From positions 5,332,001 to 5,396,000 of the forward strand of contig OZ059900.1 of the NCBI GenBank assembly GCA_964057225.1: DNA of 64,000 bases. Reading direction: 5' to 3'. Positions 14,656 through 29,000 of the stretch are shown here, piece by piece. This DNA comes from Auanema rhodensis (lineage: Eukaryota; Animalia; Nematoda). Position 1 is the first letter of the stretch. The number at the start of each line of letters is the position of its first letter. The position numbers and the translations under genes are program-made. The notes beneath the pieces are model-generated. The model had not been told where the DNA came from. It searched no databases and saw only the letters and a list, made by a program, of their open reading frames with translations.

Positions 14656-17600
14656 TCATATTAGTCTAAAAACACTATCTTATTGTGTTTGATGCATGGT
14701 AGCCAGGACTTCCAATTTTATGTGAAGAGTTAACTATACCACCTAAGTATCCGAAGAAAGTGATCTTGATTTGTAACTTGATGCCCGTTAAAGATAGAAG
14801 AATACTGTACATTTCAATAAATTCTCCATGATCATATTAGTCTAAAAACACTATCTTATTGTGTTTGATGCATGGTAGCCAGGACTTCCAATTTTATGTG
14901 AAGAGTTAACTATACCACCTAAGTATCCGAAGAAAGTGATCTTGATTTGTAACTTGATGCCCGTTAAAGATAGAAGAATACTGTACATTTCAATAAATTC
15001 TCCATGATCATATTAGTCTAAAAACACTATCTTATTGTGTTTGATGCATGGTAGCCAGGACTTCCAATTTTATGTGAACTGTTAACTATACCACCTAAGT
15101 ATCTAAAGAAAGTGATCTTGATTTGTAACTCGGTGCCCGTTAAAGATAGAAAAATACTGTACATTTTAATGAATTCTCCATGGTCATATTAGTCTAAAAA
15201 CACTATCTTATTGTGTTTGATGCATGGTAGCCAGGACTTCCAATTTTATGTGAACAGTTAACTATACCACCTAAGTATCTAAAGAAAGTGATCTTGATTT
15301 GTAACTCGGTGCCCGTTAAAGATAGAAAAATACTGTACATTTTAATGAATTCTCCATGGTCATATTAGTCTAAAAACACTATCTTATTGTGTTTGATGCA
15401 TGGTAGCCAGGACTTCCAATTTTATGTGAAGAGTTAACTATACCACCTAAGTATCCGAAGAAAGTGATCTTGATTTGTAACTTGGTGCCCGTTAAAGATA
15501 GAAGAATACTGTACATTTTAATGAATTCTCCATGGTCATATTAGTCTAAAAACACTATCTTATTGTGTTTGATGCATGGTAGCCAGGACTTCCAATTTTA
15601 TGTGAAGAGTTAACTATACCACCTAAGTATCCGAAGAAAGTGATCTTGATTTGTAACTTGGTGCCCGTTAAAGATAGAAGAATACTGTACATTTCAATAA
15701 ATTCTCCATGATCATATTAGTCTAAAAACACTATCTTATTGTGTTTGATGCATGGTAGCCAGGACTTCCAATTTTATGTGAAGAGTTAACTATACCACCT
15801 AAGTATCCGAAGAAAGTGATCTTGATTTGTAACTTGGTGCCCGTTAAAGATAGAAGAATACTGTACATTTTAATGAATTCTCCATGGTCATATTAGTCTA
15901 AAAACACTATCTTATTGTGTTTGATGCATGGTAGCCAGGACTTCCAATTTTATGTGAAGAGTTAACTATACCACCTAAGTATCCGAAGAAAGTGATCTTG
16001 ATTTGTAACTTGGTGCCCGTTAAAGATAGAAGAATACTGTACATTTTAATGAATTCTCCATGGTCATATTAGTCTAAAAACACTATCTTATTGTGTTTGA
16101 TGCATGGTAGCCAGGACTTCCAATTTTATGTGAAGAGTTAACTATACCACCTAAGTATCCGAAGAAAGTGATCTTGATTTGTAACTTGATGCCCGTTAAA
16201 GATAGAAGAATACTGTACATTTCAATAAATTCTCCATGATCATATTAGTCTAAAAACACTATCTTATTGTGTTTGATGCATGGTAGCCAGGACTTCCAAT
16301 TTTATGTGAAGAGTTAACTATACCACCTAAGTATCCGAAGAAAGTGATCTTGATTTGTAACTTGATGCCCGTTAAAGATAGAAGAATACTGTACATTTCA
16401 ATAAATTCTCCATGATCATATTAGTCTAAAAACACTATCTTATTGTGTTTGATGCATGGTAGCCAGGACTTCCAATTTTATGTGAACTGTTAACTATACC
16501 ACCTAAGTATCTAAAGAAAGTGATCTTGATTTGTAACTCGGTGCCCGTTAAAGATAGAAAAATACTGTACATTTTAATGAATTCTCCATGGTCATATTAG
16601 TCTAAAAACACTATCTTATTGTGTTTGATGCATGGTAGCCAGGACTTCCAATTTTATGTGAACAGTTAACTATACCACCTAAGTATCTAAAGAAAGTGAT
16701 CTTGATTTGTAACTCGGTGCCCGTTAAAGATAGAAAAATACTGTACATTTTAATGAATTCTCCATGGTCATATTAGTCTAAAAACACTATCTTATTGTGT
16801 TTGATGCATGGTAGCCAGGACTTCCAATTTTATGTGAAGAGTTAACTATACCACCTAAGTATCCGAAGAAAGTGATCTTGATTTGTAACTTGGTGCCCGT
16901 TAAAGATAGAAGAATACTGTACATTTTAATGAATTCTCCATGGTCATATTAGTCTAAAAACACTATCTTATTGTGTTTGATGCATGGTAGCCAGGACTTC
17001 CAATTTTATGTGAAGAGTTAACTATACCACCTAAGTATCCGAAGAAAGTGATCTTGATTTGTAACTTGGTGCCCGTTAAAGATAGAAGAATACTGTACAT
17101 TTCAATAAATTCTCCATGATCATATTAGTCTAAAAACACTATCTTATTGTGTTTGATGCATGGTAGCCAGGACTTCCAATTTTATGTGAAGAGTTAACTA
17201 TACCACCTAAGTATCCGAAGAAAGTGATCTTGATTTGTAACTTGGTGCCCGTTAAAGATAGAAGAATACTGTACATTTTAATGAATTCTCCATGGTCATA
17301 TTAGTCTAAAAACACTATCTTATTGTGTTTGATGCATGGTAGCCAGGACTTCCAATTTTATGTGAAGAGTTAACTATACCACCTAAGTATCCGAAGAAAG
17401 TGATCTTGATTTGTAACTTGGTGCCCGTTAAAGATAGAAGAATACTGTACATTTTAATGAATTCTCCATGGTCATATTAGTCTAAAAACACTATCTTATT
17501 GTGTTTGATGCATGGTAGCCAGGACTTCCAATTTTATGTGAAGAGTTAACTATACCACCTAAGTATCCGAAGAAAGTGATCTTGATTTGTAACTTGATGC

Positions 17601-17718
17601 CCGTTAAAGATAGAAGAATACTGTACATTTCAATAAATTCTCCATGATCATATTAGTCTAAAAACACTATCTTATTGTGTTTGATGCATGGTAGCCAGGA
17701 CTTCCAATTTTATGTGAA
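14656..17718. repeat. 8-mer (1408 bp) tandem duplication, ~2.2 copies
   Basis: Private variant GTGAACTG at 15080 and 16488 (offset 1408 = 8x176), with the same order of flanking monomer types. Confidence 0.8.
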
Positions 17719-20700
17719 CAGTTAACTATACCACCTAAGTATCTAAAGAAAGTGATCTTGATTTGTAACTTGGTGCCCGTTAAAGATAGAAGAATACTGT
17801 ACATTTCAATAAATTCTCCATGATCATATTAGTCTAAAAACACTATCTTATTGTGTTTGATGCATGGTAGCCAGGACTTCCAATTTTATGTGAAGAGTTA
17901 ACTATACCACCTAAGTATCCGAAGAAAGTGATCTTGATTTGTAACTTGGTGCCCGTTAAAGATAGAAGAATACTGTACATTTTAATGAATTCTCCATGGT
18001 CATATTAGTCTAAAAACACTATCTTATTGTGTTTGATGCATGGTAGCCAGGACTTCCAATTTTATGTGAACAGTTAACTATACCACCTAAGTATCTAAAG
18101 AAAGTGATCTTGATTTGTAACTCGGTGCCCGTTAAAGATAGAAAAATACTGTACATTTTAATGAATTCTCCATGGTCATATTAGTCTAAAAACACTATCT
18201 TATTGTGTTTGATGCATGGTAGCCAGGACTTCCAATTTTATGTGAAGAGTTAACTATACCACCTAAGTATCTAAAGAAAGTGATCTTGATTTGTAACTTG
18301 GTGCCCGTTAAAGATAGAAGAATACTGTACATTTTAATGAATTCTCCATGGTCATATTAGTCTAAAAACACTATCTTATTGTGTTTGATGCATGGTAGCC
18401 AGGACTTCCAATTTTATGTGAAGAGTTAACTATACCACCTAAGTATCCGAAGAAAGTGATCTTGATTTGTAACTTGGTGCCCGTTAAAGATAGAAGAATA
18501 CTGTACATTTTAATGAATTCTCCATGGTCATATTAGTCTAAAAACACTATCTTATTGTGTTTGATGCATGGTAGCCAGGACTTCCAATTTTATGTGAAGA
18601 GTTAACTATACCACCTAAGTATCCGAAGAAAGTGATCTTGATTTGTAACTTGGTGCCCGTTAAAGATAGAAGAATACTGTACATTTTAATGAATTCTCCA
18701 TGGTCATATTAGTCTAAAAACACTATCTTATTGTGTTTGATGCATGGTAGCCAGGACTTCCAATTTTATGTGAACAGTTAACTATACCACCTAAGTATCT
18801 AAAGAAAGTGATCTTGATTTGTAACTCGGTGCCCGTTAAAGATAGAAAAATACTGTACATTTTAATGAATTCTCCATGGTCATATTAGTCTAAAAACACT
18901 ATCTTATTGTGTTTGATGCATGGTAGCCAGGACTTCCAATTTTATGTGAAGAGTTAACTATACCACCTAAGTATCCGAAGAAAGTGATCTTGATTTGTAA
19001 CTTGATGCCCGTTAAAGATAGAAGAATACTGTACATTTCAATAAATTCTCCATGATCATATTAGTCTAAAAACACTATCTTATTGTGTTTGATGCATGGT
19101 AGCCAGGACTTCCAATTTTATGTGAAGAGTTAACTATACCACCTAAGTATCCGAAGAAAGTGATCTTGATTTGTAACTTGATGCCCGTTAAAGATAGAAG
19201 AATACTGTACATTTCAATAAATTCTCCATGATCATATTAGTCTAAAAACACTATCTTATTGTGTTTGATGCATGGTAGCCAGGACTTCCAATTTTATGTG
19301 AAGAGTTAACTATACCACCTAAGTATCTAAAGAAAGTGATCTTGATTTGTAACTCGGTGCCCGTTAAAGATAGAAAAATATTGTACATTTTAATGAATTC
19401 TCCATGGTCATATTAGTCTAAAAACACTATCTTATTGTGTTTGATGCATGGTAGCCAGGACTTCCAATTTTATGTGAACAGTTAACTATACCACCTAAGT
19501 ATCTAAAGAAAGTGATCTTGATTTGTAACTCGGTGCCCGTTAAAGATAGAAAAATACTGTACATTTTAATGAATTCTCCATGGTCATATTAGTCTAAAAA
19601 CACTATCTTATTGTGTTTGATGCATGGTAGCCAGGACTTCCAATTTTATGTGAAGAGTTAACTATACCACCTAAGTATCCGAAGAAAGTGATCTTGATTT
19701 GTAACTTGGTGCCCGTTAAAGATAGAAGAATACTGTACATTTTAATGAATTCTCCATGGTCATATTAGTCTAAAAACACTATCTTATTGTGTTTGATGCA
19801 TGGTAGCCAGGACTTCCAATTTTATGTGAAGAGTTAACTATACCACCTAAGTATCCGAAGAAAGTGATCTTGATTTGTAACTTGGTGCCCGTTAAAGATA
19901 GAAGAATACTGTACATTTTAATAAATTCTCCATGATCATATTAGTCTAAAAACACTATCTTATTGTGTTTGATGCATGGTAGCCAGGACTTCCAATTTTA
20001 TGTGAAGAGTTAACTATACCACCTAAGTATCCGAAGAAAGTGATCTTGATTTGTAACTTGGTGCCCGTTAAAGATAGAAGAATACTGTACATTTTAATGA
20101 ATTCTCCATGGTCATATTAGTCTAAAAACACTATCTTATTGTGTTTGATGCATGGTAGCCAGGACTTCCAATTTTATGTGAAGAGTTAACTATACCACCT
20201 AAGTATCCGAAGAAAGTGATCTTGATTTGTAACTTGGTGCCCGTTAAAGATAGAAGAATACTGTACATTTTAATGAATTCTCCATGGTCATATTAGTCTA
20301 AAAACACTATCTTATTGTGTTTGATGCATGGTAGCCAGGACTTCCAATTTTATGTGAAGAGTTAACTATACCACCTAAGTATCCGAAGAAAGTGATCTTG
20401 ATTTGTAACTTGATGCCCGTTAAAGATAGAAGAGTACTGTACATTTCAATAAATTCTCCATGATCATATTAGTCTAAAAACACTATCTTATTGTGTTTGC
20501 TGCATGGTAGCCAGGACTTCCAATTTTATGTGAAGAGTTAACTATACCACCTAAGTATCCGAAGAAAGTGATCTTGATTTGTAACTTGATGCCCGTTAAA
20601 GATAGAAGAATACTGTACATTTCAATAAATTCTCCATGATCATATTAGTCTAAAAACACTATCTTATTGTGTTTGATGCATGGTAGCCAGGACTTCCAAT

Positions 20701-21063
20701 TTTATGTGAAGAGTTAACTATACCACCTAAGTATCCGAAGAAAGTGATCTTGATTTGTAACTTGATGCCCGTTAAAGATAGAAGAATACTGTACATTTCA
20801 ATAAATTCTCCATGATCATATTAGTCTAAAAACACTATCTTATTGTGTTTGATGCATGGTAGCCAGGACTTCCAATTTTATGTGAAGAGTTAACTATACC
20901 ACCTAAGTATCCGAAGAAAGTGATCTTGATTTGTAACTTGATGCCCGTTAAAGATAGAAGAATACTGTACATTTCAATAAATTCTCCATGATCATATTAG
21001 TCTAAAAACACTATCTTATTGTGTTTGATGCATGGTAGCCAGGACTTCCAATTTTATGTGAAG

Positions 21064-24000
21064 AGTTAACTATACCACCTAAGTATCTAAAGAAAGTGAT
21101 CTTGATTTGTAACTCGGTGCCCGTTAAAGATAGAAAAATACTGTACATTTTAATGAATTCTCCATGGTCATATTAGTCTAAAAACACTATCTTATTGTGT
21201 TTGATGCATGGTAGCCAGGACTTCCAATTTTATGTGAAGAGTTAACTATACCACCTAAGTATCCGAAGAAAGTGATCTTGATTTGTAACTTGGTGCCCGT
21301 TAAAGATAGAAGAATACTGTACATTTTAATGAATTCTCCATGGTCATATTAGTCTAAAAACACTATCTTATTGTGTTTGATGCATGGTAGCCAGGACTTC
21401 CAATTTTATGTGAACAGTTAACTATACCACCTAAGTATCCGAAGAAAGTGATCTTGATTTGTAACTTGGTGCCCGTTAAAGATAGAAGAATACTGTACAT
21501 TTTAATGAATTCTCCATGGTCATATTAGTCTAAAAACACTATCTTATTGTGTTTGATGCATGGTAGCCAGGACTTCCAATTTTATGTGAACAGTTAACTA
21601 TACCACCTAAGTATCTAAAGAAAGTGATCTTGATTTGTAACTCGGTGCCCGGTAAAGATAGAAGAATACTGTACATTTTAATGAATTCTCCATGGTCATA
21701 TTAGTCTAAAAACACTATCTTATTGTGTTTGATGCATGGTAGCCAGGACTTCCAATTTTATGTGAACAGTTAACTATACCACCTAAGTATCCGAAGAAAG
21801 TGATCTTGATTTGTAACTTGGTGCCCGTTAAAGATAGAAGAATACTGTACATTTCAATGAATTCTCCATGGTCATATTAGTCTAAAAACACTATCTTATT
21901 GTGTTTGATGCATGGTAGCCAGGACTTCCAATTTTATGTGAAGAGTTAACTATACCACCTAAGTATCCGAAGAAAGTGATCTTGATTTGTAACTTGGTGC
22001 CCGTTAAAGATAGAAGAATACTGTACATTTTAATGAATTCTCCATGATCATATTAGTCTAAAAACACTATCTTATTGTGTTTGATGCATGGTAGCCAGGA
22101 CTTCCAATTTTATGTGAAGAGTTAACTATACCACCTAAGTATCTAAAGAAAGTGATCTTGATTTGTAACTCGGTGCCCGTTAAAGATAGAAAAATACTGT
22201 ACATTTTAATGAATTCTCCATGGTCATATTAGTCTAAAAACACTATCTTATTGTGTTTGATGCATGGTAGCCAGGACTTCCAATTTTATGTGAAGAGTTA
22301 ACTATACCACCTAAGTATCCGAAGAAAGTGATCTTGATTTGTAACTTGGTGCCCGTTAAAGATAGAAGAATACTGTACATTTTAATGAATTCTCCATGGT
22401 CATATTAGTCTAAAAACACTATCTTATTGTGTTTGATGCATGGTAGCCAGGACTTCCAATTTTATGTGAAGAGTTAACTATACCACCTAAGTATCCGAAG
22501 AAAGTGATCTTGATTTGTAACTTGGTGCCCGTTAAAGATAGAAGAATACTGTACATTTTAATGAATTCTCCATGGTCATATTAGTCTAAAAACACTATCT
22601 TATTGTGTTTGATGCATGGTAGCCAGGACTTCCAATTTTATGTGAAGAGTTAACTATACCACCTAAGTATCCGAAGAAAGTGATCTTGATTTGTAACTTG
22701 GTGCCCGTTAAAGATAGAAGAATACTGTACATTTTAATGAATTCTCCATGGTCATATTAGTCTAAAAACACTATCTTATTGTGTTTGATGCATGGTAGCC
22801 AGGACTTCCAATTTTATGTGAACAGTTAACTATACCACCTAAGTATCTAAAGAAAGTGATCTTGATTTGTAACTCGGTGCCCGTTAAAGATAGAAAAATA
22901 CTGTACATTTTAATGAATTCTCCATGGTCATATTAGTCTAAAAACACTATCTTATTGTGTTTGATGCATGGTAGCCAGGACTTCCAATTTTATGTGAAGA
23001 GTTAACTATACCACCTAAGTATCCGAAGAAAGTGATCTTGATTTGTAACTTGATGCCCGTTAAAGATAGAAGAATACTGTACATTTCAATAAATTCTCCA
23101 TGATCATATTAGTCTAAAAACACTATCTTATTGTGTTTGATGCATGGTAGCCAGGACTTCCAATTTTATGTGAACAGTTAACTATACCACCTAAGTATCT
23201 AAAGAAAGTGATCTTGATTTGTAACTTGGTGCCCGTTAAAGATAGAAGAATACTGTACATTTTAATGAATTCTCCATGGTCATATTAGTCTAAAAACACT
23301 ATCTTATTGTGTTTGATGCATGGTAGCCAGGACTTCCAATTTTATGTGAAGAGTTAACTATACCACCTAAGTATCCGAAGAAAGTGATCTTGATTTGTAA
23401 CTTGGTGCCCGTTAAAGATAGAAGAATACTGTACATTTTAATGAATTCTCCATGGTCATATTAGTCTAAAAACACTATCTTATTGTGTTTGATGCATGGT
23501 AGCCAGGACTTCCAATTTTATGTGAACAGTTAACTATACCACCTAAGTATCTAAAGAAAGTGATCTTGATTTGTAACTCGGTGCCCGTTAAAGATAGAAA
23601 AATACTGTACATTTTAATGAATTCTCCATGGTCATATTAGTCTAAAAACACTATCTTATTGTGTTTGATGCATGGTAGCCAGGACTTCCAATTTTATGTG
23701 AAGAGTTAACTATACCACCTAAGTATCCGAAGAAAGTGATCTTGATTTGTAACTTGGTGCCCGTTAAAGATAGAAGAATACTGTACATTTTAATGAATTC
23801 TCCATGGTCATATTAGTCTAAAAACACTATCTTATTGTGTTTGATGCATGGTAGCCAGGACTTCCAATTTTATGTGAACAGTTAACTATACCACCTAAGT
23901 ATCCGAAGAAAGTGATCTTGATTTGTAACTTGGTGCCCGTTAAAGATAGAAGAATACTGTACATTTTAATGAATTCTCCATGGTCATATTAGTCTAAAAA

Positions 24001-26042
24001 CACTATCTTATTGTGTTTGATGCATGGTAGCCAGGACTTCCAATTTTATGTGAACAGTTAACTATACCACCTAAGTATCTAAAGAAAGTGATCTTGATTT
24101 GTAACTCGGTGCCCGGTAAAGATAGAAGAATACTGTACATTTTAATGAATTCTCCATGGTCATATTAGTCTAAAAACACTATCTTATTGTGTTTGATGCA
24201 TGGTAGCCAGGACTTCCAATTTTATGTGAACAGTTAACTATACCACCTAAGTATCCGAAGAAAGTGATCTTGATTTGTAACTTGGTGCCCGTTAAAGATA
24301 GAAGAATACTGTACATTTCAATGAATTCTCCATGGTCATATTAGTCTAAAAACACTATCTTATTGTGTTTGATGCATGGTAGCCAGGACTTCCAATTTTA
24401 TGTGAAGAGTTAACTATACCACCTAAGTATCCGAAGAAAGTGATCTTGATTTGTAACTTGGTGCCCGTTAAAGATAGAAGAATACTGTACATTTTAATGA
24501 ATTCTCCATGATCATATTAGTCTAAAAACACTATCTTATTGTGTTTGATGCATGGTAGCCAGGACTTCCAATTTTATGTGAAGAGTTAACTATACCACCT
24601 AAGTATCTAAAGAAAGTGATCTTGATTTGTAACTCGGTGCCCGTTAAAGATAGAAAAATACTGTACATTTTAATGAATTCTCCATGGTCATATTAGTCTA
24701 AAAACACTATCTTATTGTGTTTGATGCATGGTAGCCAGGACTTCCAATTTTATGTGAAGAGTTAACTATACCACCTAAGTATCCGAAGAAAGTGATCTTG
24801 ATTTGTAACTTGGTGCCCGTTAAAGATAGAAGAATACTGTACATTTTAATGAATTCTCCATGGTCATATTAGTCTAAAAACACTATCTTATTGTGTTTGA
24901 TGCATGGTAGCCAGGACTTCCAATTTTATGTGAAGAGTTAACTATACCACCTAAGTATCCGAAGAAAGTGATCTTGATTTGTAACTTGGTGCCCGTTAAA
25001 GATAGAAGAATACTGTACATTTTAATGAATTCTCCATGGTCATATTAGTCTAAAAACACTATCTTATTGTGTTTGATGCATGGTAGCCAGGACTTCCAAT
25101 TTTATGTGAAGAGTTAACTATACCACCTAAGTATCCGAAGAAAGTGATCTTGATTTGTAACTTGGTGCCCGTTAAAGATAGAAGAATACTGTACATTTTA
25201 ATGAATTCTCCATGGTCATATTAGTCTAAAAACACTATCTTATTGTGTTTGATGCATGGTAGCCAGGACTTCCAATTTTATGTGAACAGTTAACTATACC
25301 ACCTAAGTATCTAAAGAAAGTGATCTTGATTTGTAACTCGGTGCCCGTTAAAGATAGAAAAATACTGTACATTTTAATGAATTCTCCATGGTCATATTAG
25401 TCTAAAAACACTATCTTATTGTGTTTGATGCATGGTAGCCAGGACTTCCAATTTTATGTGAAGAGTTAACTATACCACCTAAGTATCCGAAGAAAGTGAT
25501 CTTGATTTGTAACTTGATGCCCGTTAAAGATAGAAGAATACTGTACATTTCAATAAATTCTCCATGATCATATTAGTCTAAAAACACTATCTTATTGTGT
25601 TTGATGCATGGTAGCCAGGACTTCCAATTTTATGTGAACAGTTAACTATACCACCTAAGTATCTAAAGAAAGTGATCTTGATTTGTAACTTGGTGCCCGT
25701 TAAAGATAGAAGAATACTGTACATTTTAATGAATTCTCCATGGTCATATTAGTCTAAAAACACTATCTTATTGTGTTTGATGCATGGTAGCCAGGACTTC
25801 CAATTTTATGTGAAGAGTTAACTATACCACCTAAGTATCCGAAGAAAGTGATCTTGATTTGTAACTTGGTGCCCGTTAAAGATAGAAGAATACTGTACAT
25901 TTTAATGAATTCTCCATGGTCATATTAGTCTAAAAACACTATCTTATTGTGTTTGATGCATGGTAGCCAGGACTTCCAATTTTATGTGAACAGTTAACTA
26001 TACCACCTAAGTATCTAAAGAAAGTGATCTTGATTTGTAACT
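21064..26042. repeat. 14-mer (2464 bp) tandem duplication, 2 copies
   Basis: GCCCGGTAAA at 21652 and 24116, and TTTCAATGA at 21855 and 24319; both offsets are 2464 = 14x176. Confidence 0.85.
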
Positions 26043-29000
26043 TGGTGCCCGTTAAAGATAGAAGAATACTGTACATTTTAATGAATTCTCCATGGTCATA
26101 TTAGTCTAAAAACACTATCTTATTGTGTTTGATGCATGGTAGCCAGGACTTCCAATTTTATGTGAACAGTTAACTATACCACCTAAGTATCTAAAGAAAG
26201 TGATCTTGATTTGTAACTCGGTGCCCGTTAAAGATAGAAAAATACTGTACATTTTAATGAATTCTCCATGGTCATATTAGTCTAAAAACACTATCTTATT
26301 GTGTTTGATGCATGGTAGCCAGGACTTCCAATTTTATGTGAAGAGTTAACTATACCACCTAAGTATCCGAAGAAAGTGATCTTGATTTGTAACTTGATGC
26401 CCGTTAAAGATAGAAGAATACTGTACATTTCAATAAATTCTCCATGATCATATTAGTCTAAAAACACTATCTTATTGTGTTTGATGCATGGTAGCCAGGA
26501 CTTCCAATTTTATGTGAAGAGTTAACTATACCACCTAAGTATCCGAAGAAAGTGATCTTGATTTGTAACTTGATGCCCGTTAAAGATAGAAGAATACTGT
26601 ACATTTCAATAAATTCTCCATGATCATATTAGTCTAAAAACACTATCTTATTGTGTTTGATGCATGGTAGCCAGGACTTCCAATTTTATGTGAAGAGTTA
26701 ACTATACCACCTAAGTATCCGAAGAAAGTGATCTTGATTTGTAACTTGATGCCCGTTAAAGATAGAAGAATACTGTACATTTCAATAAATTTTCCATGAT
26801 CATATTAGTCTAAAAACACTATCTTATTGTGTTTGATGCATGGTAGCCAGGACTTCCAATTTTATGTGAAGAGTTAACTATACCACCTAAGTATCTAAAG
26901 AAAGTGATCTTGATTTGTAACTCGGTGCCCGTTAAAGATAGAAAAATACTGTACATTTTAATGAATTCTCCATGGTCATATTAGTCTAAAAACACTATCT
27001 TATTGTGTTTGATGCATGGTAGCCAGGACTTCCAATTTTATGTGAACAGTTAACTATACCACCTAAGTATCTAAAGAAAGTGATCTTGATTTGTAACTCG
27101 GTGCCCGTTAAAGATAGAAAAATACTGTACATTTTAATGAATTCTCCATGGTCATATTAGTCTAAAAACACTATCTTATTGTGTTTGATGCATGGTAGCC
27201 AGGACTTCCAATTTTATGTGAAGAGTTAACTATACCACCTAAGTATCCGAAGAAAGTGATCTTGATTTGTAACTTGATGCCCGTTAAAGATAGAAGAATA
27301 CTGTACATTTCAATAAATTCTCCATGATCATATTAGTCTAAAAACACTATCTTATTGTGTTTGATGCATGGTAGCCAGGACTTCCAATTTTATGTGAAGA
27401 GTTAACTATACCATCTAAGTATCCGAAGAAAGTGATCTTGATTTGTAACTTGATGCCCGTTAAAGATAGAAGAATACTGTACATTTCAATAAATTCTCCA
27501 TGATCATATTAGTCTAAAAACACTATCTTATTGTGTTTGATGCATGGTAGCCAGGACTTCCAATTTTATGTGAAGAGTTAACTATACCACCTAAGTATCC
27601 GAAGAAAGTGATCTTGATTTGTAACTTGATGCCCGTTAAAGATAGAAGAATACTGTACATTTCAATAAATTCTCCATGATCATATTAGTCTAAAAACACT
27701 ATCTTATTGTGTTTGATGCATGGTAGCCAGGACTTCCAATTTTATGTGAAGAGTTAACTATACCACCTAAGTATCCGAAGAAAGTGATCTTGATTTGTAA
27801 CTTGATGCCCGTTAAAGATAGAAGAATACTGTACATTTCAATAAATTTTCCATGATCATATTAGTCTAAAAACACTATCTTATTGTGTTTGATGCATGGT
27901 AGCCAGGACTTCCAATTTTATGTGAAGAGTTAACTATACCACCTAAGTATCCGAAGAAAGTGATCTTGATTTGTAACTCGGTGCCCGTTAAAGATAGAAG
28001 AATACTGTACATTTTAATGAATTCTCCATGGTCATATTAGTCTAAAAACACTATCTTATTGTGTTTGATGCATGGTAGCCAGGACTTCCAATTTTATGTG
28101 AACAGTTAACTATACCACCTAAGTATCTAAAGAAAGTGATCTTGATTTGTAACTCGGTGCCCGTTAAAGATAGAAAAATACTGTACATTTTAATGAATTC
28201 TCCATGGTCATATTAGTCTAAAAACACTATCTTATTGTGTTTGATGCATGGTAGCCAGGACTTCCAATTTTATGTGAAGAGTTAACTATACCACCTAAGT
28301 ATCCGAAGAAAGTGATCTTGATTTGTAACTTGGTGCCCGTTAAAGATAGAAGAATACTGTACATTTTAATGAATTCTCCATGGTCATATTAGTCTAAAAA
28401 CACTATCTTATTGTGTTTGATGCATGGTAGCCAGGACTTCCAATTTTATGTGAAGAGTTAACTATACCACCTAAGTATCCGAAGAAAGTGATCTTGATTT
28501 GTAACTTGGTGCCCGTTAAAGATAGAAGAATACTGTACATTTTAATGAATTCTCCATGGTCATATTAGTCTAAAAACACTATCTTATTGTGTTTGATGCA
28601 TGGTAGCCAGGACTTCCAATTTTATGTGAACAGTTAACTATACCACCTAAGTATCTAAAGAAAGTGATCTTGATTTGTAACTCGGTGCCCGTTAAAGATA
28701 GAAGAATACTGTACATTTTAATGAATTTTCCATGGCCGTATTAGTCTAAAAACACTATCTTATTGTGTCTGATGCATGGTAGCCAGGACTTCCAATTTTA
28801 TGTGAACAGTTAACTATACCACCTAAGTATCTAAAGAAAGGGATCTTGATTTGTAACTCGGTGCCCGTTAAAGATAGAAGAATACTGTACATTTTAATGA
28901 ATTCTCCATGGTCATATTAGTCTAAAAACACTAACTTAATGGGTTTGATGCATGGTAACCAAGACTTCCAATTTTATGTGAACAGTTAACTATACCACCT

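Larger units (their letters stand above)
12960..27860. repeat. Satellite sub-domain enriched in haplotype B monomers (first block)
   Basis: Linked variants GAAGAG (C119G), ATCCGAAG, CTTGATGCCC (G173A), TTTCAATAAA (T31C, G35A) and CATGATCA (G47A) recur here, mixed with consensus-type units. I saw no haplotype C monomer between ~11700 and ~28930. Confidence 0.85.
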
